DNA of 63,996 nucleotides, filler included, from Octopus bimaculoides (Eukaryota), in assembly GCF_001194135.2 (NCBI RefSeq). It is 6 parts of 6 records of this genome, joined end to end, with 100 filler letters (N's around TTAATTAATTAA, not from the genome) between each part and the next. Parts side by side here need not be neighbours in the genome. Positions count along the whole stretch, not along the records: positions 35,890 to 40,087 come from NC_069004.1; positions 40,188 to 62,442 come from NC_068982.1; 4 more parts are not named here. The stretch is one strand, 5' to 3'. Below the pieces are notes generated by a model, which was not told the origin of the DNA, ran no database searches, and was given only the letters and a program-made list of their open reading frames with translations. Made by a program: the position numbers and the translations under genes. This document shows, one piece after another, positions 38,195 through 49,542 of the stretch. Numbering within the stretch: position 1 is the stretch's first letter; every line of letters starts with the position of its first letter.

Positions 38195-38494
38195 GTGAAG
38201 GCACATGGCTAAGTGGTTAGGATATTTGGCACATAATCATTAGGTCGTGAGTTCAATTCCTGGCAGCGACATTGTGCCCTTGAACGAGACACTTTATTTC
38301 ATGTTGCCTCAGTCTACCCAGCTGGCAAAAACGAGTTGTACCTGTAATTCAAAGGGTCATCCTTATCACATTCTGTCACACTGAATCTCCCTGAAAACTA
38401 TGTTAAAAGTATGTGTGTCTGTGGAGTACTCAGCCACTTGCACATTAATTTCACAAACCAGCTGTTCCATTTATCAGTTCAGATGGAGTGCCAG
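38195..38494 (+). mobile_element. SINE family D, full length
   Basis: Head GGCACATGGCTAAGTGGTTAGG..GAGTTCAATTCC (boxes A and B), CCCTTGAACGAGACACTTTA central motif, tail shared with 20505-20676. Confidence 0.8.
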
Positions 38495-39400
38495 AGAAAG
38501 AAAACAAAAAAAAAAGAAGAAATAGATGTTTGTTGATTTGATTGATATGCAGCCTTCAGATGATGACTAAATAAATTCACAGTCTGTATATGGAAGAAGG
38601 GAATATTCAACAAATTATTTAAAATTGCATCTTTCATCTTAAAGGAGTATTTGAAACCTCATCTTCATCCATGCCAAAGAAGGTAGAGCTTAATTCCCAC
38701 TCTTTTACACTGAAAGTTGTGGGTTCAATAAGAAACAAGTGAGGGAGGAGCACAGAAAATTCCAAGCATTGTAGAGACAAATAGTTCTTCCCATTTGTAG
38801 AAATGAAACTGCAATTTTCTTGATTTTGTACGCGGGCTTCATCTCAGTGAGTGGGGCTGGTGCACAGTAATGCCATCGAGGGGAAGGTCCCAAAACAGTG
38901 CAAATTCTCTCCTGGGAGTTTTAAACTAGTAGCACTTGAATCTGCAAATTGTTTGCAAAAAATCATTTAATTGACAAATATATTTCACAATCAAATCTAT
39001 AAAAAAACAATAAATTAAAAAGGTGTAATACTGAAAAATGCCATTGTCTTCTTGTTTCGGTATATCAACACTTATTAGACAATAATAATTTACTTAAATA
39101 TGATTTCTCAAAGTAATTCACTGACTCACAAAAAATACAAAGTTAAAACAAATATTCTTTGGAAAACTGGACCAGCTTTTGTGACAAATTTGTATAATGT
39201 TGAATATCTCTTTCCTCCACCAAACATGTCATACGATGACGAGATAGATTTAGAGCGGTGTTTCTCAACTGGGGTCCATATGGCCCTTACAAGTTCATAT
39301 AAGATTTTATTGTTAAAATTTATCTGCAATAAATTGTTTATACTTCTATAATATTCAAAACATTTTAACTACCTTTTTATCCAATTCTTAATGGTATTTT

Positions 39401-39419
39401 TTAATGGTTGCTTATTTTG

Positions 39420-39460
<41 letters not shown>

Positions 39461-39872
39461 GCATATACACATATATATAGTCAATCCAAACAAGAACAAG
39501 CAAAAAAAAACAATGCGAGGATGTGGAGCAAGTACTGTGTTAATATACATATGTGTGTGTATATATACATATGTAATAATATATAAATATATGCATATAT
39601 CCATACATATATGTACATACCTACATCTATATGTATACATACATGCATATATGGGTACAGGACATCACAAAAAAACGTTAAACACAATGAGAAACGAAAA
39701 CATAAAGACGAAGACAGAAAACAAACTTTTTTTGAACAACGAAAAAACAAACAGAGAAACGAGACATGCAACATAAAGAATATTCCCCTTCATCAGTTGT
39801 CCCTGTTCCATCTACTCCGCATTTCGAAGGCAACGACAATATGCGACTTCGTTGGAACAGTCCTCCCCGCAA
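39401..39872 (+). repeat. Dispersed repeat (probable Penelope-like pLTR/UTR region); second copy inverted at 63160-63996
   Basis: Shares GGGTACAGGACATCACAAAAAAA, AAAGAATATTCCCCTTCATCAGTTG and TTTCGAAG blocks with the reverse complement of 63640-63960. The Penelope assignment is inference. Confidence 0.55.
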
Positions 39873-40087
39873 AGCGACTGGTGTAGCAGCATCATAGTCA
39901 ACTGCTACAAAGGTAAAGGTGACGCTTTAGATACAAATAATTACATAGGCATCAAGCTGTTATATCAGGTTATGAAAGTTACAGAGAGGGTCATAGCCCA
40001 ACTAATTAGGGAGCGAATCAATTTAGATGAGATGCAGTTTGGGTTCGTGCCAGGTAAAAGCACTACTGATGCCTTATTTCTAGTGAG
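39873..40087 (+). mobile_element. RTE LINE RT fragment
   Basis: DWCSSIIVNCYKGKGDALDTNNYIGIKLLYQVMKVTERVI..DEMQFGFVPGKSTTDALF; runs into a gap. Confidence 0.9.
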
Positions 40088-40329
40088 NNNNNNNNNNNNN
40101 NNNNNNNNNNNNNNNNNNNNNNNNNNNNNNNTTAATTAATTAANNNNNNNNNNNNNNNNNNNNNNNNNNNNNNNNNNNNNNNNNNNNATATATATATATA
40201 TATATATCTGTGTGTGTGTATGCACATATATATGCATGTATACATTTGCATATGCATGCATATACATAAACAGAGATATGTCTATAATATATATATATCT
40301 ATGTGAATATGTGTATGTGCACATGTGCT

Positions 40330-40441
40330 TATGAGTATATGCATAATTTTATTAATGTTTAACAGATAAGATCCAACCACAAAACTCTTGGATCTTGAGT
40401 CACTCTGTTGCTTCTACTAAGTATTAATAAAAATAATAAAC

Positions 40442-40496
<55 letters not shown>

Positions 40497-40664
40497 GTAT
40501 ATGAATAGGAGTGTGTGTGCATGTGTTTGCAAATGTGGGTGTAAACTTCTAAACATGTACACATACATTACATCCACATATATATATTATAGACATATCT
40601 ATGTGTTATGCATACCTTTAGAAATATATACAAATATATACACACACACACATACACATATGTA

Positions 40665-40732
<68 letters not shown>

Positions 40733-41614
40733 NNNNNNNNNNNNNNNNNNNNNNNNNNNNNNNNNNNNNNNNNNNNNNNNNNNNNNNNNNNNNNNNNNNN
40801 NNNNNNNNNNNNNNNNNNNNNNNNNNNNNNNNNNNNNNNNNNNNNNNNNNNNNNNNNNNNNNNNNNNNNNNNNNNNNNNNNNNNNNNNNNNNNNNNNNNN
40901 NNNNNNNNNNNNNNNNNNNNNNNNNNNNNNNNNNNNNNNNNNNNNNNNNNNNNNNNNNNNNNNNNNNNNNNNNNNNNNNNNNNNNNNNNNNNNNNNNNNN
41001 NNNNNNNNNNNNNNNNNNNNNNNNNNNNNNNNNNNNNNNNNNNNNNNNNNNNNNNNNNNNNNNNNNNNNNNNNNNNNNNNNNNNNNNNNNNNNNNNNNNN
41101 NNNNNNNNNNNNNNNNNNNNNNNNNNNNNNNNNNNNNNNNNNNNNNNNNNNNNNNNNNNNNNNNNNNNNNNNNNNNNNNNNNNNNNNNNNNNNNNNNNNN
41201 NNNNNNNNNNNNNNNNNNNNNNNATATCTATATATATATATAAAATTAAAACATTAGGGTGAAAAAAAAAAAATTAGATATTAATATCAATTTAATACTA
41301 GAGAACAAGCACATTAAAAGAATCAAGGAGATTCAGAAAAAATATCTGAGATCTCAAAAGATTATTGTGATCTTCTTCTAGCACATTAGCAGTCCACCTA
41401 GTGGTCTCCTTTTTATATATACACATATATATATATATATATTTAGACATACAGGTATGGTGATGGAAATAGGAAAAATAGAACTCAAAATATGAGTATA
41501 TGCATAATTTTATTAACATTTAACACAAGTTTTGTGTTTTTGATAAGAGCCAACACAAAACTTTTAGACTCTGAGTCACTCTATTGCTTCTAATAAATAT
41601 TAATAAAAATAATA
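40330..41614. repeat. Local diverged duplication (40330-40440 and 41491-41614)
   Basis: Both start TATGAGTATATGCATAATTTTATTAA and contain GAGTCACTCT.TTGCTTCTA..AA.TATTAATAAAAATAATA; one copy has an extra ~15-bp block. Confidence 0.8.
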
Positions 41615-41615
41615 C

Positions 41616-41657
<42 letters not shown>

Positions 41658-41684
41658 CATATTTCTATGTGTATATGTGTGTGC

Positions 41685-41716
<32 letters not shown>

Positions 41717-41807
41717 CATCAGTAAATCATACATTCGAAAAAGAAGCACACTCTAAGTTATAGAGCGGCAGAGTATATAGATAAAGATAGATATGAGCGG
41801 CCCTATG

Positions 41808-41939
41808 AGGTTACGCTGGGTTTCACATCCATAAAGCACTTAGCTTTATAGCATTTCTTCAGACCCTAAACCTGTTGGCCTACAGGTTTAGGGTCTGAAG
41901 AAACGCTGTAAAGCTAAGTGCTTTATGGACATGAAACCC
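41808..41939 (-). ncRNA. 58-bp-arm inverted repeat containing a candidate minimal type I hammerhead ribozyme
   Basis: Arms 41818-41875 and 41882-41939, 4 mismatches, loop TGGCCT. Minus strand 41866-41808 reads GGGT-CTGAAGA-[stem II hairpin]-GAAA-CCCAGCG-TA-ACCT. Confidence 0.55.
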
Positions 41940-42124
41940 CATAGACTAGCCGTAACTATCTTTATCTATCTATCTCTCTCTATATGTATGTATGTATGTA
42001 TGTACATGTGTATGTATGTATGTATGTATGTATGTATGTATCAGTGTATGCATATATATATATATATATATGTGTATGTGTGTATCCATGTATGTGTATA
42101 TATACATGTATATCTATATATATT

Positions 42125-42337
42125 ATAAGGCAAACTGGTAGAACCTGTAGCACACAGTACAAAATGCTTAGCAACATTTTTTACATCTTCATATTCTGAG
42201 TTCAAATTCCACTGAGGTTGACTTTGCCTTTCATTTTATCAGTGTCAATATAATAAATACCAGTTAAACACTGGGGTCCATGCAATCGACTAGCCCCCCC
42301 TCTCCCAAAACTGCTGGCCTTGTGCCAAAATTTCAAA

Positions 42338-42345
<8 letters not shown>
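42125..42345 (+). mobile_element. SINE family B, full length
   Basis: Head, TTCTGAGTTCAAATTCC, core, tail GCTGGCCTTGTGCCAAAATTTCAAACC. Confidence 0.85.
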
Positions 42346-42370
<25 letters not shown>

Positions 42371-42376
<6 letters not shown>

Positions 42377-42731
42377 GCACACCNNNNNNNNNNNNNNNNN
42401 NNNNNNNNNNNNNNNNNNNNNNNNNNNNNNNNNNNNNNNNNNNNNNNNNNNNNNNNNNNNNNNNNNNNNNNNNNNNNNNNNNNNNNNNNNNNNNNNNNNN
42501 NNNNNNNNNNNNNNNNNNNNNNNNNNNNNNNNNNNNNNNNNNNNNNNNNNNNNNNNNNNNNNNNNNNNNNGGAAGAGTACAGCAGGGTTCGCCACCATCC
42601 CCTGCCGGAGCCTCATGGAGCTTTAGGTCTCTTCGCTCAATAAACACTCACAACGCCCGGTCTGGGAATCGAAACCACGATCCTATGACTGCGAGTCCGC
42701 TGCCCTAACCACTGGGCCATTGCGCCTCCAC
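42371..42731 (-). mobile_element. tRNA-derived SINE with a well-preserved tRNA-like head, interrupted by a gap
   Basis: GTGGAGGCGCAATGGCCCAGTGGTTAGGGCAGCGGACTCGCAGTCATAGGATCGTGGTTTCGATTCCC; tail GTGCCAACAA as in family D. Confidence 0.75.
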
Positions 42732-42772
<41 letters not shown>

Positions 42773-43235
42773 ATTTGATAAGGCATATATATGTACATAC
42801 CCTCATGCATGGTAACAAATTCTTATACACACAAGCCTATACATGTGAGTATGTCTGTATATATGTGTGTGCATGCACACATTTGTGTATGTGTCAGTAC
42901 ACATCATCATCCCCAGTAGCAGCAGCAGCATCGCACTTTGTGTACTTTTTATCCCATAATATGGGTTTAGCAAGGTTTCAAGTGGTAGATTTTCTAAATA
43001 CCAAATGTTCTTCTTACAAATCCCTAATTTGTTTTATAACTAAAGCATCTATTCAATCAAGTGATCCTCATGTGTCGAAGCCAACAGAACTATATGAATT
43101 TTGCTTGCTAGATAACACAAAGAATGTTATTCCCTCAGCTCAAATGGTGTTACTGAAGATAAGCAGCATCAACATTCACTCCCAGATACACACACACACA
43201 TCAATATAAAGATGGATGGATGGATATACTTTATT

Positions 43236-43410
43236 ATTATTAAAGCTGCAAAAACCACAAAAATATCATACAAGACTGCTGCTCAGAGTTTCACGTTCTT
43301 GTTCATCAGACAGTTTAGGCTGAGAATTTAAATTGCCCGAGAAACAGGGACATGAAACTCTGAGCAGCAGTTTTTTGTGATATTTTTGTGGTTTTTGTAG
43401 CTTTAATAAT
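43236..43410 (-). ncRNA. ~60-bp-arm inverted repeat (Penelope pLTR-like) with a candidate minimal hammerhead ribozyme
   Basis: Arms 43236-43295 and 43351-43410. Minus strand 43314-43275 reads ACTGT-CTGATGA-AC AAGAAC GT-GAAA-CTC T GAG-CA-GCAGT; position 16.1 is C instead of U. Confidence 0.5.
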
Positions 43411-43503
43411 TATAAAGCATATTACTCTACCTCCGATATTCAAGTACTATTTTTACCCACCTTGTTTCACATTTATGTGCTTATTTTGGTATATATATAT
43501 ATA

Positions 43504-43550
<47 letters not shown>

Positions 43551-43609
43551 CATGCGTGCGTGTGTGTGTGTGTGCAGAACTATGTCCAGGCTATGCATCA
43601 ACACATCAC

Positions 43610-43990
43610 CAGCATGAAAGGTGTTCCACTGCAGGGACATGAAAGAGTGGGAAAAACTCCTCAATGCACACATGGGAATGTGGTGCAACATACTCCAGCC
43701 TATCAAAAGGACGGCGCACAATTTCCACGCATCCAACAATAATGTTCCTGCACTATTCAGGTTACACAAAGACCACAAACCCTACATAAACCTTGTCATG
43801 GGGCCCCCAACCAGACCAGTTTGCGAAGCGGGTATCTCCAGCAACTATAGACTGTCCTACTTCCTCTCACAGGTATTGTAACTTCTTGTAGAGATGTTTC
43901 CAGACGTCTGTGTGGGCAATCAAATAATGACAGCAGAGTGCACAACAAACATTAGCAATCTGACTGTCACCTGTACTCTTGATAAGAGAT
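43610..43990 (+). mobile_element. Penelope-like RT N-terminal fragment
   Basis: PALFRLHKDHKP...PPTRPVCEAGISSNYRLSYFLSQVL resembles the PLE motif P.LY.L.K.HK..P.RP(I/V)...Y.L...L..IL. Confidence 0.7.
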
Positions 43991-44449
43991 GTCAGTTGGT
44001 GTTTTACACCTACCAGGCTCATTCGTATTAGCCGAAGTTATTGGATAAATTTTTGTTCCTTTAAGAATATTGTAGAATGGAAACTTTTCATAGATAGGAA
44101 TTGAAATATTAATTTCTATAGAAATTTATTGTTTCAAGAAAACATTGAATTTGAATTACTTTTAATTTTTACAATTCTAGATAACAACTCGTGCTGTAAC
44201 TTCTGAGCCCAAGTCACGCGCGTGTAAATGATGTCAAGAGAATGTCTGCTACGAATGATATTTTCTAACACAGGGCACTTCTAAGACACCGCCAGACACT
44301 GAATGAATATAAATGAACTGCGACCAGGCTCAATAAAAGGTGCCTGAGTCATTGGCTGCAATTACATACTTGAAGTCAGTATTGGCAGAAATTAATTCAG
44401 CTTGCAAATACACGTTCACTTTACTAAATTTATACTCAGGCTAAGCCTG

Positions 44450-44850
44450 AACAGCCCAAGTGCCGGAGTCGCTACTGATATAAATACATATATATATAAA
44501 TTATTTCACTCATTGTACAACATTTATGCTGGGGCACTACCTTCTGGAGTACAGTCAAATAAATCAACCCTGGTACTTATTTTTTTTATACTGCTAGTAT
44601 TTGTTCTATCACTCTCCAAAACCACTAAATTATAGGGATGCAAACAAACCAACAACAAGTGTCAAGTGGTGGGAGAAAGAAGCAGAAACACAAAGATACA
44701 TATGATGAGTATCCACATAGTCTCCGTCTACCAAATTTATTCACAAGGCATCAGTCATCTGGGGCTATAGTAAAAGTCACTTGCCCAAGGTATTATGCAG
44801 TGGAAATGAACCTCAAATAATACAGCTGAAAAGTTAGCTTCTTAACCAAA
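44450..44850 (-). mobile_element. SINE family A (diverged)
   Basis: Reverse complement of the family A tail, core and head. Confidence 0.7.
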
Positions 44851-44914
44851 GAGCTATGCCCGGATATACACACACATACATATATACATACATACAGAGA
44901 GAGGGAGAGAGAGA

Positions 44915-45290
44915 GGCACAGGCATGGCTGTGTAGTAAGAAGCTTGCTTCCCAACCACATGGTTCCAGGTTCAGTCTCACTGTGTGGCATCTTGGGCAAG
45001 AGTTTTTACTATAGCCTTGTGAGTGGATTTGGTAGATGCGTATGTGTGTGCGTGTGTGTGTATCTTAGTGTCTGTGTTTGTTCCCCCCATCACCACTTGA
45101 TAACCAGTGTTTGTGTGTTTATGTCCCCCGTAACCTAGTGGTTCGGCAAAAGAGACCAATAGAATAAGTGCTAGACTTAAAAAATAAGTCCTGCGGTCGA
45201 TTTGTTCAACTAAAAAAAAAACACCCCAAGGTGGTGCTCCAGCATGGCTGCAGTCAAATGACAGAAACAAGTAAAAGAATAAGAGAATAA
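44915..45290 (+). mobile_element. SINE family A, full length
   Basis: GGCACAGGCATGGCTGTGTAGTAAG head through CAGTCAAATGACAGAAACAAGTAAAAGA tail. Confidence 0.85.
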
Positions 45291-45458
45291 AAGTATATAT
45301 ATATATATATATATATATACGTACATATGTAAATTTTGGAGGTGTACTTGTCAGGCATGTGCTTTTAATCAGTGTTGTGTATATGTAAAGTATTCATAAA
45401 CATACACACACACACATATATATATATATATACATATAAATTTATACAAACACAGATA

Positions 45459-45507
<49 letters not shown>

Positions 45508-46089
45508 ATTTACACACATAAAGTACTACAGAGACTATAATGCATAACAGTTATTATTATTATCATTATTATTATTTATCATTTTTATTACTGTTTCCTG
45601 TCTGCTTGAAATATTTGATAGTGATAAATATAAAATATACACAAATTTCAATTATACAGAGGCTACAAATAAAACTTCAATTTAAATATATATCAAATTT
45701 CAAAACTGAAATTGATAAACACACACACGCACACACGCAAGCACATCCGAAACCTATTCGTGTAGATATTGATTAATATACATGTACGTAAAGGCAACTG
45801 GCTCTAGCAGACAGTTCAGTGACTGGGCTTTACAGTCAAGGGGAGATAATGCTAACTCTAAGTAGAAATTTGCTGCAGATGAATGCATCGGCTAAATTTG
45901 ATATTTTCTAGCAATAAAATGGTTTTAAAACAAATTATTTTGTATGTAATAAAGTTTTTAATAGAAGCAACTTGAAATGAAGCTGGTTTAAAAGACGTCC
46001 CAATAATAATTCATCCACAAAATATCGCCTATCGTTTCTTTAATATATTTTTTAAAACTATTCATATATTTAAACGTATCTTTATATTA

Positions 46090-46420
46090 CTTGTTTCAGT
46101 CACTGGACTGCGGCCACACTGGAGCACTACCTTGATGGATTTTAGTCAAACAAATCAATGCCAGTACTTATCCTTTAAGCATGGCACTTATTATATCTCT
46201 TTTGCCAAACCACTAAATTACAGGGAAGTAGTCAAGTGCTGGTAGGACACACACATACAAGCGCACATACAGTGGGCTTCTTTCATTTTCCATCTACCAA
46301 ATCCACTCACAAGGCTTCGGTCGGCCCAAGGCTATAATAAAAGACATTTGCCCAAGATTCCACGCAGTGGGACTGAACCCAGAAGCTTGTAGTTGGAAGC
46401 AAACTTGTTACCACGAAGCC
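46090..46420 (-). mobile_element. SINE family A
   Basis: TTGTTTCAGTCA..ACTGCGGCCA through CAGTGGGACTGAACCC. Confidence 0.8.
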
Positions 46421-46609
46421 ACACTTGCCTCCGTAAATCCCCACCTGTATATGTTTATTCTTTCACTAGTTACAGTTATTAGACTAGGAGTAACCACCTT
46501 TATTTTTTACTATATCCTTTGTCATTTACTTGTGTCAGTTATTAGATCTGAAGAATTTTATTTGAACTTATTGACACCAGTAGTTACTTTTTTTTTTTTT
46601 TTTTTTTGT

Positions 46610-46885
46610 AAAGTTTGGTATTTATTCTATCAGTTTCTTTTGATGAACTGCTAAGTTACAGGGATATAAACACACCAACAAAATTTGTCGAGCGTGAGAG
46701 GGGGGTGCAAACACATACACAAAGGGGTTTCTTTTAGTTTCTGCATTCCAATCCACTCACAAAACTTTGGTTGGCTTTAGACTATATATAGTAGAAGACA
46801 CTTACCCGAGGTGTCACACTGGGACTGAACCCGGAACCATGTGGTTGGGAAACAAGCTTCTTACCACAGCCACACCTGCACCTAT
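46610..46885 (-). mobile_element. SINE family A
   Basis: Core and head match other copies. Confidence 0.75.
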
Positions 46886-47570
46886 AGTTTAATTGTCTCT
46901 ATCATTTTCTTCAAGAAATGTCTTCATTTAAAATACAACATATACTTTCTAGCGATTAGTTTTTACACATACATAACTGGCTTTACACTAGTTTATATTT
47001 CAATAAGATTACCATTTACAATGTTTTGCTTCATAACAGATCCCATGTGTGTCATGGGTAAATTTCACTCAGATATTCTCAGTGTTTTTCGTTTCCATTT
47101 TCCCAGTGTTCCTTGTTGAAGATATCATAAAATTGATATTACCAAAAAGGCAGCACTACATTAAAGGAGGTATAGTTACAAACTAATTTTTTAAATTGAT
47201 TTCTGTCAAAATGCCTCAAATAGTTTAATGTGACCACCTTGGAACATAAAGGCTTTCCAGAAGATTTCACGTTGAAGATATTGTAAACAAGGCTCCAGCC
47301 TGAGCTTAGAGAAGTCCATATCTTAATAGATGTATGTATATAATATATGGTTGTGTATGATGTATATGCATGTATGTATGGGTGTGTGTGTGTGTATATA
47401 CATAATATGCATATATATTTATACATGTGTATAAATATATATATACATAGAATATATTCACATACACACATATATATACGCACATATCTAAAATAAAATA
47501 TCTAAAAGATATCATTTATACATATATAAAATATATGCATGTAAGCACATGTGGTTGAGTACATCTTTAC

Positions 47571-47602
<32 letters not shown>

Positions 47603-47744
47603 TGATATATAGATGCATGTGTGGATAGATAGACAGACAGACAGACATAGTTAGATATATGTATGCACTCACACTCGTGTGTGTGTGTGTGTGTGTGTGC
47701 GCACGTGTACAGACACACACAGATGTACACACACGCGCACACAC

Positions 47745-47900
47745 AGCTTCTTTCAGTTTCTAACAACCAAAATAAATTACAAGGCTTTGGTCAGCCTTGG
47801 GTTATAGTAGAAGACGCACAAATTACTATGCAGTGGGACTAAAATCTAAAGCATGTTGTTGGAAAGCAAACTTTATGATTACATAGTCATACCTATGCCT
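47745..47900 (-). mobile_element. SINE family A head half
   Basis: CTTCTTTCAGTTT..AAGGCTTTGGTC..TATAGTAGAAGAC..CAGTGGGACT. Confidence 0.7.
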
Positions 47901-47902
47901 AC

Positions 47903-47936
<34 letters not shown>

Positions 47937-48269
47937 ACAGGTGTGTGTGTTAGTGTCTGTGCACAGGTCTGTGTGTTAGTGTGTGTGTGCACGTGTGTGT
48001 GCACGTGTGTGTGTTTTAAATTTGCTTCTTTTTTTAAACCAAAACAATGCAAGTTAAAAATTTAAAAATACAGGTTGATGCTCAGTACAGTTACTAGGTA
48101 TTTCAATATTTTGGGGTTAGGACACCTTCTTCAGGAAATCTAAAGAGAAAAGATGTTGGTAGCTGACTCTGTGCAATATTTTTTAATGATATACAACAGA
48201 GAAACTTGGTTGAAAATTGATCAAGCAAAATCCAAAAAGACAGGAGACATGTATGGTTTCATTATTATT

Positions 48270-48570
48270 ATCATCATCATCATCATCGTTTAACGTCCAC
48301 TTTCCAAGCTGGCATGGGTTGGACAGTCTGATTGGGGACTGGCAAGCCAGGAGGCTGCACCAGGCTCCAATCTGATCTAGCAAGGTTTCTACAGCTGGAT
48401 GTCCTTCCAAATGCCAACCACTCTGAGAGTGTAGTGGGTGCTTTTGATATGTCACCAGCACAGGGGGCCAGTCAGGCAGTACTGGCATCAACCACGCTTG
48501 AATATGGTGTTTTTTACATGCCATCGGCATGAGAGCCAGTCGGGCACCACTGGCATTAACCACATTCTCA
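48270..48570 (-). mobile_element. RTE LINE 3' UTR with (GAT)n tail
   Basis: (CAT)n followed by CGTTTAACGTCCACTTT..CTACAGCTGGATGTCCTTCC..; reverse complement of the family at 56041-56343. Confidence 0.8.
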
Positions 48571-49089
48571 AAATATATCTTTGACTTCAGGAAATAAACT
48601 TTTCAGTTAATTGTATGAATTTGTAAAAAGTAGATTTAATATTTTGGTGTACTTGTATATGAAATAGACACAGCGCTAGTGTAATAAACATTATCAACCA
48701 CATATACTTAACGTTTATGCTTCATGTATTTTGCTAGTAGGCTGTGATATGACATGATGAATGCTCTCTCAAAAGGCTGCTTGTCTTCATATTTGAAGGT
48801 ATGTGTGGGTATCCAGGCATACCCACACATAGGTTGTGCTCTATATGCATATCAGTCATGGACTGGTAATATGATTCATCTCTGATTCAGTTTGGGTACA
48901 TGATGTTGATAAGCCACAAAAATGGCAAAACATTGATGTCCATCACTCCTAGATGGGACCAGAGGTGAGTTATCTTGCCTGTTTCAAGTGTTTTAACACC
49001 TGGTGCTTTGAGAGAGTATGCTCCATGCCAAATCGCAGCTTACTGCCAAATACACATAGTATATACATTGAATATATGTGGTTGATAAT

Positions 49090-49127
<38 letters not shown>

Positions 49128-49176
<49 letters not shown>

Positions 49177-49300
49177 TAATATCCGTTGCCCATGCTGGCA
49201 TAGGTAGGACAGTTTGACCAGGGCTGGTAAGCTGAGGGGCTGCACCAGATTCCAATCTGATTAGGCATGATTTCTACAGTTGGACGCCCTTCCTAATGGC
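49128..49300 (-). mobile_element. RTE LINE 3' end with long (GAT)n tail
   Basis: (CAT)n at 49128-49175 followed by CCATGCTGGCAT..TTTCTACAGTTGGACGCCCTTCCTAA. Confidence 0.75.
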
Positions 49301-49319
49301 ATATATACATATATATACT

Positions 49320-49460
49320 CACAACAGGCTTCTTTAAGTTTCTGCCTACCAAATTCACTCACAAGGCTTTGGTTAGCCTAGGGCTACAATAAAAGACACT
49401 TGGCCAAGGTGTCAAGCCATGGGACCATGTGGTTCGGAAACAAGCTTCTTGCCTCATAAC
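49320..49460 (-). mobile_element. SINE family A head half
   Basis: CAAATTCACTCACAAGGCTTTGG..AAGACACTTGGCCAAGGTG..ACCATGTGGTT. Confidence 0.7.
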
Positions 49461-49508
49461 CAAGAAAACGAAAGGATTTTCTCTCTGTAAATTCACAAAA
49501 TATACTCA

Positions 49509-49542
<34 letters not shown>

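Noticed and set aside
42650-42731. Possible tRNA gene on the minus strand
   Set aside because: Boxes A and B are present but the acceptor stem is not convincing, and the sequence continues into a SINE body with a family D-type tail.
48741-48831. Exon-like segment with GAAG/gtatgt donor and a 13-bp hairpin (48800-48831)
   Set aside because: All three frames contain stops; the hairpin alone is too short to interpret and is probably a MITE remnant.
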